Below the pieces are notes generated by a model. The model had not been told where the DNA came from. It was given only the letters and a program-made list of their open reading frames with translations, and made no database searches. 49,536 bases of DNA from Candidatus Woesearchaeota archaeon (GTDB taxonomy: Archaea; Nanobdellota; Nanobdellia; Woesearchaeales; GW2011-AR15): contig JAVZBY010000001.1 in assembly GCA_038874655.1 (NCBI GenBank), positions 1 through 49,536 on the forward strand. Reading direction: 5' to 3'. This document shows, piece by piece, positions 30,946-41,077 of the stretch. The first letter of the stretch is position 1. Each line of letters begins with the position of its first letter. Both the position numbers and the translations under genes were made by a program.

Positions 30946-31013
30946 ATAAATTTTTTAAAAATCCTTTTAATTTTAGAAAATAATTTAATTTCTTAACTTT
31001 TTTAACAATAATT

Positions 31014-31700
31014 ATGATTTATGAGATCTATAAAAAATTCTTATTTCATTATGGTAATCAATATTGGTGGCCAACTACATCTGAAAATGAAATAATCCCC
31101 AAATATCAAGGAGGTCCTATTACAGAAAAACAAATATTAGAAGTAATTTTTGGCTCAATTCTAACACAAAACACTTCTTGGAAAAATGTTGAAAAAGCTA
31201 TAATAGAATTGAACAAAAGAGATTTAATTAATATAGATAAAATAATTAAAATTGAAATAAAGGAATTAGCTCAAATAATAAAATCTTCTGGCTACTATAA
31301 TCAAAAAGCAATTAAATTAAAAGAAATAGCATTATTTCTAAAAAAGAACCCTATTAATGAATTAAAAAAATTTAAAATTAATGAACTAAGAAATTTACTT
31401 TTATCAATAAAAGGTGTTGGCAAAGAAACTGCAGATTCTATAATTTTATATGCATTTAATAAACCTATTTTTGTTATTGATGCATACACTAAAAGAGTTT
31501 TTTCTAGAATAGGTATAATAGATGAAAAGTTAAATTATGATGAAATACAGGAAATATTTCAAAAAAATTTGCCTAAAAATGAAAAAATATACAATGAATA
31601 TCATGCTTTAATTGTAGAGCATGCAAAAAAATATTGCAAAAAAAAACCACTTTGTGAATTTTGTATTCTAAATAAAATTTGTAAAAAATTGATAAAATAA
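31014..31700 (+). CDS. Endonuclease III-like HhH-GPD DNA glycosylase
   Basis: ILTQNTSWKNVEKA, IKGVGKETADSI, VIDAY, C-X6-C-X2-C-X5-C [4Fe-4S] motif. Confidence 0.92.
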   Translation: MIYEIYKKFLFHYGNQYWWPTTSENEIIPKYQGGPITEKQILEVIFGSILTQNTSWKNVEKAIIELNKRDLINIDKIIKIEIKELAQIIKSSGYYNQKAIKLKEIALFLKKNPINELKKFKINELRNLLLSIKGVGKETADSIILYAFNKPIFVIDAYTKRVFSRIGIIDEKLNYDEIQEIFQKNLPKNEKIYNEYHALIVEHAKKYCKKKPLCEFCILNKICKKLIK

Positions 31701-31751
31701 CTTTTTTTATTAAAAATTTAATATATAATTATAATTAAACTAGAAACAGGA

Positions 31752-31884
31752 TGCGGGGGAAGGGATTTGAACCCTCGAATCCACTAAGGAACTGGATATC
31801 TAACATGCTTTTAATACCATTAAAAGCTGTTCTTAGTGAATTGTCTTAAGTCCAGCGCATTTGACCAGGCTTTGCTACCCCCGC
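31752..31884 (-). tRNA. tRNA-Leu(TAA) with 47-nt intron at 37/38 (intron 31798-31844)
   Basis: Acceptor GCGGGGG/CCCCCGC, anticodon stem CTGGA/TCCAG, long variable arm, GTTCAAATC; CCA not encoded. Confidence 0.92.
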
Positions 31885-31941
31885 GCAAGGGATAATATTT
31901 TTAATGGATTAGGATTTCATTTATATATTTTGCTTAAATTT

Positions 31942-32442
31942 TTAAAAATCTTCAAAAAACCAACCTTTTCTAATATCAAAATAAGGTTTTATCAAAATAT
32001 CTGATAAAATCACATGAACTAAGCCATTCCAATAGTTATTGGGTGTTTTTTCAAAGCATAATTTATTAGCTAAATTGAACCAATATCTTCTATTTATACC
32101 TAAAATTTTTAAATCTAAGTCAGAAACATTCATTTTTGAAGGATCCAAATAATATCGATGAGAACTATCTAAAAAATAATTTTCTATTTCTCCATAATTA
32201 TAAAATTTAGATAAGTATGTTATCTCTTCTTCACTTAATAAACCCTTTTTTGCTTTTTCTATTAAATCTCTAATTTTAATTAAATCCTCATTAGAGCGCC
32301 AATCACCTCTTGCATTGGAACCTACAACAAAAATAGAATAATCCTTAAACTTTTTTAGATTACTTTCAATTTCCCATATAATATGTAATAAGTTATTTGT
32401 AGGTAAGCCTTGATCATTAAACCAATAGGGGTTATATCTCAT
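31942..32442 (-). CDS. Nucleotidyltransferase-like protein with split motif
   Basis: FVVGSNARG ... SDLDL. Confidence 0.5.
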   Translation of the reverse strand: MRYNPYWFNDQGLPTNNLLHIIWEIESNLKKFKDYSIFVVGSNARGDWRSNEDLIKIRDLIEKAKKGLLSEEEITYLSKFYNYGEIENYFLDSSHRYYLDPSKMNVSDLDLKILGINRRYWFNLANKLCFEKTPNNYWNGLVHVILSDILIKPYFDIRKGWFFEDF

Positions 32443-32529
32443 AATTTATTAAAGAAAAAAAGTTATCTAAAAATTTATTTCTATATTTATTTGTATAGAA
32501 TTTAGATTAATTTTAGCACTATAATTAAA

Positions 32530-32600
32530 TGCGGCGACTGGGAATCGAACCCAGAACTCAACCTTGGCAAGGTCGAATTATACCATTTAACCATCGCCGC
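32530..32600 (-). tRNA. tRNA-Gly(GCC)
   Basis: GCGGCGA/TCGCCGC acceptor, CGACC-TTGCCAA-GGTTG, GTTCGATTC. Confidence 0.95.
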
Positions 32601-32671
32601 ATATTAATTATTAATAAACTATGAAAATAACATAACTTTAAAAAAATTATTCCTTTATTAAGTTTTTGAAT

Positions 32672-33052
32672 TTATTTTTCTCTAGTTATTTGTCCATTAT
32701 TAATTAATTTTTTTAATAATTCAACTATTAGTTTTTGTCCTTCTTCTTCTATTTCAACTCTAATGCCTCCTAAGGAGATAGCAATGTTATTGTTTCTCCA
32801 TAAAATTTTTCTATAACCTTTATAAATCTTATCTTCTTTTTTCAGTGAGCAATATAAAATAATCTTTTTGTTATTTTTATTTAAAAAATTATAAAAACTC
32901 TCTTTATCAATATACTCTTTTAAGTATATAAATAAACTAAAAATAGAATTTTTAAAATTTAGAGTATTATTACTATAATTAAATAAAAAATCACTTTCAA
33001 TTTCCTCTTTTGTGTTAGTTGCAAAATAAAGCAACTTCATATTTTTTTGCAT
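32672..33052 (-). CDS. Hypothetical protein
   Basis: 126-codon ORF; no family recognised. Confidence 0.5.
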   Translation of the reverse strand: MQKNMKLLYFATNTKEEIESDFLFNYSNNTLNFKNSIFSLFIYLKEYIDKESFYNFLNKNNKKIILYCSLKKEDKIYKGYRKILWRNNNIAISLGGIRVEIEEEGQKLIVELLKKLINNGQITREK

Positions 33053-33156
33053 TTATAGCTTATATTTAAATTTTTTAATTAAATAAAATTGTTTATACTT
33101 GTTTTATCATTGTTGAAACCTAAAATATTTAAATCCATTTTAAATTACTTTTTAAA

Positions 33157-35739
33157 ATGTTATCAGATAAAGAAATAAAAAAACAATTTAAATTAGAAGC
33201 TTCTAAAAATCCAGAAAAATATTATGCAGTAGAACATTTAAAATCAGAGCATTTTGAAAGAAGACAATGTATAAAATGCGGAACATTTTTTTGGACAGTC
33301 AATAATGAACAAAATGTTTGTGGTGATCCTGCTTGCTCAGGTGGTTTTAGATTTATTGGAGATAAACCAGAAAATAAACCAGCAAAAGAAGAATTAGATT
33401 ACATAGAAGTTTGGCAAAAATTCTCAAAATTCTTTGAAAAGTTAGGCTATACACCAATAAAAAGGTATCCTGTTGTTGCAAGATGGCGTGATGATCAATA
33501 CTGGGTTGGAGCTTCAATTTATGACTTTCAACCACATGTTGTTTCTGGAGCAGTAGAACCACCAGCTAATCCATTAGTAGTTCCACAATTTTGTTTAAGA
33601 TTTAATGATATAGATAATGTTGGAATTACAGGAGCACATTACACTGGTTTTGTAATGATAGGCCAGCATATGTTTGTTCCAAAAGAAAAATGGGATCAAA
33701 ACAAGGTTTTTTCTGATATACATATGTGGCTAAAAAAAGGATTAGGTTTGCCTAATAAAGAAATCACCTTTCATGAAGATGCATGGGCAGGCGGAGGTAA
33801 TTTTGGGCCATGTATGGAATATTTTTCAAGAGGTTTAGAACTAGGAAATCAAGTTTATATGCTTTATGAACAAACTCCCTCTGGAAAAAAGGAATTGCCT
33901 TTGAAAGTTTTAGATATGGGCATGGGTCATGAAAGAAATGCTTGGTTTACAAAAGGCACTTCAACAAGTTATGAAACAACTTTTCCAACAGTAAGCAAAA
34001 AACTTTATGAACTAACAGGAATAAAACCAGAAGGGAATTTGATGAGAAAATTCCTACCCTTTTCTTCATATTTAAACATTGATGAAGTTGATGACATAAA
34101 TAAAGCTTGGAAAAATGTTGCTGATAAAATTGATATTGATGTTGAAGAATTAAAAGAAAAAATACTTCCTTTGTCAGCACTTTATTCAGTTGCAGAACAT
34201 ACAAGATCAGCATTAGTAGCAATAAACGATGGTGCTTTGCCAAATAATGTTGGTGGAGGCTATAATTTAAGAGTTATTATAAGAAGAGCCTTTGACTTTT
34301 TAGAAAAATATGATTGGAACACAGAATTAAATGATATTGCAGAATGGCACGCTGATTACTTGAAACCTTTATTTCCAGAATTAAGTGAAAATTTAGAAAG
34401 TGTAAAAACAATATTAGATGTAGAAAAAAGAAAGTACAATGAAACAAAAACAAAATCAAAGCAAATAATAATTAATCTTTTAAATAAAGAAAAAGATAAA
34501 GAAACAGAATTATCAGAAAAGAAATTATTTGAATTGTACACCTCTCAAGGAATAAGTCCAGAGATGATAAAAAAACAAGCTACATTAATGAATAAAGAAA
34601 TAAAAATTCCTGATGATTTTTATAAAAAAGTATCTGAATTATATAAAGGAGATGAAATAAAAAAAGATATAAAAGAAAAAATTGATTTAGATGAAATCCA
34701 AGACACAGAAATTTTATATTATGATGATTTTGCATTAACAGAGTTTGAAGCAGTTGTTTTAAAAGTAATTGAAAATAAAGTTATCCTAAATAAAACAGCA
34801 TTTTATCCCACATCAGGAGGACAATTACATGATATTGGTGAAATAATTAATTTAAAAGATATTAAGCAAAAATATAACTTAGTTGATTGTTATAAACAAG
34901 GTAGCATTGTTGTTCATGTAGTAGATAAAAAGGTAGAATTGAAAAAAGGAGATATTATCAAAGGGAAAATTGATTTTAAGAGAAGATTACAATTAGCTCA
35001 ACATCATACAAGCACACATATTATAAATGGATGTGCAAAAAGAGTTTTAGGAAACCATATATGGCAGGCAGGAGCTCATAAAGACATTGACAAAGCAAGA
35101 TTAGATATAACACACTATGAAGCATTAACAGATGAGCAAGTAATGAAAATAGAAAAAATGGCTAATGAAATTATAGAAAAAAATTTGCCAGTTTATTCAA
35201 CATTAATGAAAAGAAACATAGCAGAATTAGAATATGGTTTTGTTTTATACCAAGGTGGTGCAGTTCCTGGAAAAATATTGAGAATTGTCAATATTCCTGG
35301 TTTTGATGTTGAGGCTTGTGGAGGAACACATCTACACACAACAGGAGAAGCAAAATTAATTAAAATATTAAAAACAAGTAAAATCCAAGATGCAATAGTT
35401 AGAATAGAATTTACTGCAGGTGAAGCAGCAGTTAAAGAAATAGAAAAAGAAATTACAATATTGCAAAAAGCAGCAAAAGAATTAGATTGTAAGATTAATC
35501 AAATTCCATTTAGAGCAAACGAATTATTTGAAAAATGGAAAAAAGTTGTTAAAAAAGGAAAAATTGATAATAAAAATGATTTTAAACTTGAATCAAAAGA
35601 AGAATCAAATGAATCTGAAACATTAATATTGAAAAAAACAACAGAGATTTTAAAAACGCAACCAGAACATATTGTAAATACAATAACTAGATTTAAAAGA
35701 GAATTATATGAGGCAGAGCAAAAATATGATAAAAGATGA
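33157..35739 (+). CDS. alaS: Alanine--tRNA ligase, archaeal type
   Basis: YPVVARWRDD, ASIYDFQP, WAGGGNFGP, editing motifs QHHTSTH and ACGGTH. Confidence 0.97.
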   Translation: MLSDKEIKKQFKLEASKNPEKYYAVEHLKSEHFERRQCIKCGTFFWTVNNEQNVCGDPACSGGFRFIGDKPENKPAKEELDYIEVWQKFSKFFEKLGYTPIKRYPVVARWRDDQYWVGASIYDFQPHVVSGAVEPPANPLVVPQFCLRFNDIDNVGITGAHYTGFVMIGQHMFVPKEKWDQNKVFSDIHMWLKKGLGLPNKEITFHEDAWAGGGNFGPCMEYFSRGLELGNQVYMLYEQTPSGKKELPLKVLDMGMGHERNAWFTKGTSTSYETTFPTVSKKLYELTGIKPEGNLMRKFLPFSSYLNIDEVDDINKAWKNVADKIDIDVEELKEKILPLSALYSVAEHTRSALVAINDGALPNNVGGGYNLRVIIRRAFDFLEKYDWNTELNDIAEWHADYLKPLFPELSENLESVKTILDVEKRKYNETKTKSKQIIINLLNKEKDKETELSEKKLFELYTSQGISPEMIKKQATLMNKEIKIPDDFYKKVSELYKGDEIKKDIKEKIDLDEIQDTEILYYDDFALTEFEAVVLKVIENKVILNKTAFYPTSGGQLHDIGEIINLKDIKQKYNLVDCYKQGSIVVHVVDKKVELKKGDIIKGKIDFKRRLQLAQHHTSTHIINGCAKRVLGNHIWQAGAHKDIDKARLDITHYEALTDEQVMKIEKMANEIIEKNLPVYSTLMKRNIAELEYGFVLYQGGAVPGKILRIVNIPGFDVEACGGTHLHTTGEAKLIKILKTSKIQDAIVRIEFTAGEAAVKEIEKEITILQKAAKELDCKINQIPFRANELFEKWKKVVKKGKIDNKNDFKLESKEESNESETLILKKTTEILKTQPEHIVNTITRFKRELYEAEQKYDKR

Positions 35740-36778
35740 TGATTTAGAAGAGATAAGAAATGCTTTAATAAATTCAGCAAGACCATTAATCTTTTTTGAT
35801 GATGATCCAGATGGATTAAGCTCTTTTTTGCAATTTTATAAACTAAATACAGAGTCAAAAGGAATTATTTATAAATCTTCAGGTGCATTAGATACGCAAT
35901 TCTTAAAAAAAGTAAGTGAATATCAGCCAGATAATATTTTTATTTTAGATGTAGCAGAAGTTAGTCAAGATTTTTTAGATAAAGTTCATAATGTATATTG
36001 GATTGATCATCATAGCCCCTTAGAAAGAAAAAATGTTCATTACTTTAATCCAATGATTTTAAGCAAGGGAAAGGACAATAGACCAATAAGCTATTGGGCA
36101 TGGAAAATAACACAAAAAAGTAATTGGCTTGCATTAGTTGGTTGTGTTGGTGATTGGTTTATTCCAGAAGATATTAGAAATGAATTTAAAAAAGAATCAG
36201 AAAACAATTTTAATTATACAGATTTATTTCCTGATGAAATAACAAAACCAGAAGATGCCTTATTTAAAACTAAGATTGGAAAATTAGCAAGAATATTTTC
36301 ATTTGTATTAAAAGGAACAACAAAAGAAGCAATGTCATGTGTAAAAACATTAACAAGAATAAATGACCCATATGAAATATTAGACCAGAAAACCTCTCAA
36401 GGAAAATATATTTATAAAAAATATGAAAAAATAAATAAAATCTACCAAGAAATAAAAAATTCAATAAAACCAATTGACAATAATCTTTTATTATATATTT
36501 ATTCTGATGAGAAAATGGCACTAACCTCAGATTTAAGTAATGAGATTTTATATGAAAATCCAGATAAATTTATAATCATCGGAAGAGAAAGAAATGGTGA
36601 TATAAAATGTTCTTTAAGAAGTGCAAAATATGAAGTATTGCCAATTTTAGAAAAATCATTAAAAGGAATAAATGGTTTTGGTGGCGGTCATTTACATGCA
36701 TGTGGTGCAAATATTAAAAAAAATGACTTTGAAAAATTTATAGAAAATATTAAATATTACTTAAGTAAACTTTATTAA
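35726..36778 (+). CDS. DHH/DHHA1 phosphoesterase
   Basis: DDDPDG, ILD, IDHH, SLRS, GGGHLHACG; overlaps the alaS 3' end (track start 35708 also possible). Confidence 0.9.
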   Translation: MIKDDDLEEIRNALINSARPLIFFDDDPDGLSSFLQFYKLNTESKGIIYKSSGALDTQFLKKVSEYQPDNIFILDVAEVSQDFLDKVHNVYWIDHHSPLERKNVHYFNPMILSKGKDNRPISYWAWKITQKSNWLALVGCVGDWFIPEDIRNEFKKESENNFNYTDLFPDEITKPEDALFKTKIGKLARIFSFVLKGTTKEAMSCVKTLTRINDPYEILDQKTSQGKYIYKKYEKINKIYQEIKNSIKPIDNNLLLYIYSDEKMALTSDLSNEILYENPDKFIIIGRERNGDIKCSLRSAKYEVLPILEKSLKGINGFGGGHLHACGANIKKNDFEKFIENIKYYLSKLY

Positions 36779-37590
36779 TTTAATAATTCCAAAGTTTCAT
36801 TTCTTAAAAAGCCGTATTCAACAAGCATTCTCAATTTATCTTGAATTAATGAGCTCTTTTGCATTCTATGATATAAAAATTCAAAATTTATATTCCAGGG
36901 ATTATTTAACCATAATCTCTCAGGGAGTTTATCTAATAAATAAAAATATTGTGTGTGAACAGCAACATCTTCGCAAATTTTAGAATTTGTTTCATTAACT
37001 TTCGGATTCCAAAAAAAGGGGTTTTCTGTAAAGGGTGTTAAAAAAACATTAATTTCAACATTAGGAAAATCCATTGGCAATAAACCGAAATTTTTAAGCC
37101 ATGAACTAGAATTTAGGTAATCATTTAAATTGACAACAAAAATTTTAAAATTCTTTATTTCAGTAAGATAATATTTAATAAGAGTTATTGATTCTTCAGT
37201 AGTTATTGATTTTTTATTAGATCTTCTGTTTAAAGTAATAATAAACTCAAGTAGTGGATCAAAATCATAGTCGTAATTTGCATAAGGATGTAATACATGG
37301 GTTAATTCATATAATAATCGTGAAGTCCAAGGCAAAGGTATAATATTTCTTGGGAATCTAAATAATGATAGCCATCTATTTGAGAAATCAGAACCTGATT
37401 CATCTAAAAGATAATGAAAATAATGCGCAGATTCATGAACTAAATTTGGATCACATATTTCAATAGGTTTATGCTTATCTCCTATCTTTAGTAATTGGAG
37501 CGTAGGCAAAACCATAAAAGGAAAATCTAATTCATACGAATTTTTAACTTCATAAGCTGATAATGACATATTTTTAATTTTTTTTTTCAT
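36775..37590 (-). CDS. Hypothetical protein with HExxH motif
   Basis: LVHESAHYFH; start uncertain (37623, 37590 or 37569). Confidence 0.6.
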   Translation of the reverse strand: MKKKIKNMSLSAYEVKNSYELDFPFMVLPTLQLLKIGDKHKPIEICDPNLVHESAHYFHYLLDESGSDFSNRWLSLFRFPRNIIPLPWTSRLLYELTHVLHPYANYDYDFDPLLEFIITLNRRSNKKSITTEESITLIKYYLTEIKNFKIFVVNLNDYLNSSSWLKNFGLLPMDFPNVEINVFLTPFTENPFFWNPKVNETNSKICEDVAVHTQYFYLLDKLPERLWLNNPWNINFEFLYHRMQKSSLIQDKLRMLVEYGFLRNETLELLN

Positions 37591-37721
37591 TATATTTAAA
37601 TCTTTCAAAAAATTTATAAACAAGTTTATTTTACTAATAAAATACTAAAATAAAATTAATAAATAACTAAATTTAAAAATAATATAAAAACCAAAAATAT
37701 TTTTTTAAAAAGAGGTGTAAA

Positions 37722-38447
37722 ATGAAAAATATTTTTCTAGTTTTAACTATTTTATTTTCTGTTATTTTTGTTTCAGTTTTTTCTGTTTATAATGTAAATG
37801 CCACATTAGTCTTTACAGAAATAATGTACAATCCTTTTGGTAATGAAGCAAATAGAGAATGGATAGAATTATTTAACTATGGTAATGAAACTTTAAATAT
37901 AAGCAATTGGAAATTACAAGATGGCACAACAATAAGAAACATAAATCTTTATAATGGTAGCTATTTAATTGAGCCATATTCATTTGTTATTTTAGCAAGA
38001 AATCCTGAAAATTTTTCTAAAGAATATAATTATTCCGGAAATCTATTTCAATCAAGCTTTACATTAACAAATACAGGAAAAGAATTAATCTTATATGACA
38101 ATAACAATAACATAGTTGATTCTGTTTTTTATGCAAATTTAGCAGAAGAAGGCTATACTCTAGAATTGAAAGATATTAATTTAGATAATTATCTAATTGA
38201 AAATTGGCAACAATCAAACTTTTTAGGAAATCCAGGAAAATTACCTTTTGAAATAATAGCTATTTCAAATACAAACCAAGAAAACAACTCAGAAGAAAAA
38301 ATTTTAAATGAAAGTAATCAACAAGATAATAATCAAAATAATCAAGAGGATATCCAAGAAACCTATAATCAAGTTCCAGAATTTACAACATACGGAATAA
38401 TTTTAGCATTAACTTTTGTTATTGCAATGTTTTTTAAGAATAGATAA
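37722..38447 (+). CDS. Lamin-tail-domain surface protein with PEF-CTERM-like sorting signal
   Basis: Signal peptide; TEIMYNP...EWIELFN...LTNTG; C-terminal VPEF + TM + KNR. Confidence 0.85.
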   Translation: MKNIFLVLTILFSVIFVSVFSVYNVNATLVFTEIMYNPFGNEANREWIELFNYGNETLNISNWKLQDGTTIRNINLYNGSYLIEPYSFVILARNPENFSKEYNYSGNLFQSSFTLTNTGKELILYDNNNNIVDSVFYANLAEEGYTLELKDINLDNYLIENWQQSNFLGNPGKLPFEIIAISNTNQENNSEEKILNESNQQDNNQNNQEDIQETYNQVPEFTTYGIILALTFVIAMFFKNR

Positions 38448-38722
38448 AATTAATTTTTTATTAACTTTGGTTTATTTTTTTAATTTTTTTAAAACTTTTT
38501 TTTACATAAAATTTTTAAATAATAAAATATTATATTTTTTAATGATTTATTTGATTCATTCAAGAGTTATAGCTAATTTTTTGTTTTTATCTAGAATAAT
38601 TACGAATTCTTTGAAATTTTAATATCCTTAAATTAAATGTTTAAAAAAATATTTTTTATATTTTTTTCATAGTTTTTTTAAAAAATTGAAATAAAAAAAC
38701 AAAAAATCAGAAAGGTGATTAT

Positions 38723-40666
38723 ATGAAAAAAATAAAAATTGAATTGCCAGATGGTTCAAAATTAGAATTTGATAATTTTGTTAATGGTTATGATATTGCA
38801 AAAAAAATAGGTGAAAGATTAGCAAGAGATGCTTTGGCTATTGAAGTTAATGGAGTTGTTAAAGATTTAAAAACCTTAATTACAGAAGATTCTAAAATCA
38901 GGATCTTGACTTCAAAGGATTTAGAGGGAAAAAAGGCATTGTGGCATACAGCAGAACATATTTTACAGCAAGCAGTTTTAAATCTTTATCCTGATGTAAA
39001 ATTAGCTATGGGTCCTGCAACAGACGAAGGCTTTTACTTTGATTTTGACTCTGAAAGAAGGTTCTCAGAAGAAGATTTCAAGAAGATTGAAGAGGAGATG
39101 GAAAGAATAATTAAAAAAGATTTAGAGATTATAAGAAAAGAAATTGATATAAAAGAAGCTAGAAAATTGTTTGAAAATAATCCTTATAAACAAGAATGGC
39201 TTGATGAAATAGAGCAAAAAGGTGAAAAGGTTTCTGTATATTATACTGGAAATGAGTTTTTTGACTTATGTTCAGGGCCACATGTTCCTAGTACAGGAAA
39301 AGTCGGACATATAAAATTATTAAGTGTTGCAAGTGCCTATTGGCGCGGTAATTCTAAAAATAAACAATTACAAAGAATTTATGGAGTTGCATTTCAAGAC
39401 AAAAAAGAATTAGATAAATATTTAGAGATGTTAGAGGAAGCAAAAAAAAGAGACCATAGAAAACTAGGTAAAGAATTAGATATATTTGAAATTGATGAAG
39501 ACATTGGTCCAGGATTAGTATTATGGCTGCCGAAAGGAAATATTATTAAAGAAGAATTAGAAAAATGGGCAAAAGAAACAGAGGAAAAATGGGGTTATTT
39601 GAGAGTCACAACACCTATTATAACAAAAGAAAATTTATTTTATACCTCTGAGCATTTGCCGCATTACAAAGACTCAATGTTTAGTCCTATGGACATAGAT
39701 GGTGAAAAATATTATATTAAACCAATGAATTGTCCATTTCATCATAAAATTTTTGCTGCAAGACCAAGATCTTATAGAGATTTACCATTAAGATTAGCAG
39801 AATATGGTTGGTGCCATAGGTATGAACAATCGGGTGCAATAACAGGATTAATGAGAGTTAGGGGAATGCAAATGAATGATGCCCATATTTATTGTAAAAA
39901 AGAGCAAGCAGTTGAAGAATTTATAACCGTCATTAGATTACATGAATATTATTATAAAAAGTTGGGCATAACAGAATATCAAATGGAAATGGCTTTAAGA
40001 GATCCATTGAGCAATAAATATCATGGAAATGAGGAAATGTGGCAGGAAGCAGAAAAATTAATGACAGAAGCAATGAAAAAATCAGGTGTGAAATATAAAA
40101 TAGTACAAGGTGGTGCTGCATTTTATGGTCCAAAAATTGACTTTCAAATTAAATCAGTTATAGGCAGAGAATTCACAGCATCAACAAATCAAATTGATTT
40201 ATTTATGGCAGGAAAATTTGGTTTAAAATACACAGATGAAGATGGAAAAGAAAAAGTTCCTGTAATAATTCATAGAGCTCCTTTGGGAACACATGAAAGG
40301 TTTATTGGATTTTTATTAGAACATTTTGCTGGTAAATTTCCAATATGGCTTTCTCCTGTTCAAGTTAGAATATTAACAGTAAGCCAGAAATTTGGTGATT
40401 ATGGAGAAGAACTAAGAAAAAAATATTATGAAAAAGGAATTAGAGTTGAATTAGATAACAGAGCAGAATCAATTCCAAAAAAAGTCAGAGAAGCACAATT
40501 ACAAAAAGTACCTATTATATTAACTGTTGGTGAAAAAGAAGTTGAAAATAAAACAGTAGCTTTAAGAACTTTAGATGGTCAAGTGAGATTTGATATGAAC
40601 CCTGATAAATTATTAGAAAAATTAATTGAGAACATTAAAGAAAGAGAATTAAAATTTGAGGTTTAA
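38723..40666 (+). CDS. thrS: Threonine--tRNA ligase, bacterial type
   Basis: TGS domain, DLCSGPH, RDHRKLG, KPMNCP, AFYGPKID, IHRAPLGTHERF. Confidence 0.97.
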   Translation: MKKIKIELPDGSKLEFDNFVNGYDIAKKIGERLARDALAIEVNGVVKDLKTLITEDSKIRILTSKDLEGKKALWHTAEHILQQAVLNLYPDVKLAMGPATDEGFYFDFDSERRFSEEDFKKIEEEMERIIKKDLEIIRKEIDIKEARKLFENNPYKQEWLDEIEQKGEKVSVYYTGNEFFDLCSGPHVPSTGKVGHIKLLSVASAYWRGNSKNKQLQRIYGVAFQDKKELDKYLEMLEEAKKRDHRKLGKELDIFEIDEDIGPGLVLWLPKGNIIKEELEKWAKETEEKWGYLRVTTPIITKENLFYTSEHLPHYKDSMFSPMDIDGEKYYIKPMNCPFHHKIFAARPRSYRDLPLRLAEYGWCHRYEQSGAITGLMRVRGMQMNDAHIYCKKEQAVEEFITVIRLHEYYYKKLGITEYQMEMALRDPLSNKYHGNEEMWQEAEKLMTEAMKKSGVKYKIVQGGAAFYGPKIDFQIKSVIGREFTASTNQIDLFMAGKFGLKYTDEDGKEKVPVIIHRAPLGTHERFIGFLLEHFAGKFPIWLSPVQVRILTVSQKFGDYGEELRKKYYEKGIRVELDNRAESIPKKVREAQLQKVPIILTVGEKEVENKTVALRTLDGQVRFDMNPDKLLEKLIENIKERELKFEV

Positions 40667-40714
40667 AATTTTTTATTCTTTTTATTATTTTTTTAAATTT
40701 TTAAAATTTTAACA

Positions 40715-41077
40715 TTATTTTATCTTTAGCTCATCATCCTGCACATAATCCAAATCATATTTTAAAGCTAAATAAGCTTTTTCTAATTCTTTTCCTAGAT
40801 AAGCAGCGTGTTCCATTCTTGATATTAATTTTTCTTTGACAGCAGTATAATAAATCTCTTGCGGTGTTTTTCCAATAATAATAATCTCAACAACATTATT
40901 TTTTTTGCAGAAACCTAATTCAATTGTTTTTTTCTTCCTATCAAGTCTTATTAAGAAATATCCTTTTTTATCTTGATACCAATCTTTATAAGGGTGATAA
41001 CTGCCTTTTATTATTTTTACATTTTCTGAGATTGTTGAAGGTATTTTTAGATGTGTTTTTTTATTATTCGTACTCAT
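40715..41077 (-). CDS. DUF4346-domain protein
   Basis: DKKGYFLI, EHAAYLGKELEKA, YVQD. Confidence 0.8.
   Translation of the reverse strand: MSTNNKKTHLKIPSTISENVKIIKGSYHPYKDWYQDKKGYFLIRLDRKKKTIELGFCKKNNVVEIIIIGKTPQEIYYTAVKEKLISRMEHAAYLGKELEKAYLALKYDLDYVQDDELKIK

Noticed and set aside
31798-31844. Box C/D guide RNA in the tRNA-Leu intron
   Set aside because: No RTGATGA or CTGA boxes
38416-38722. ORF 38416-38622 or a T-box-like leader before thrS
   Set aside because: T-rich low-complexity sequence with no T-box motif; only weak AT pairing
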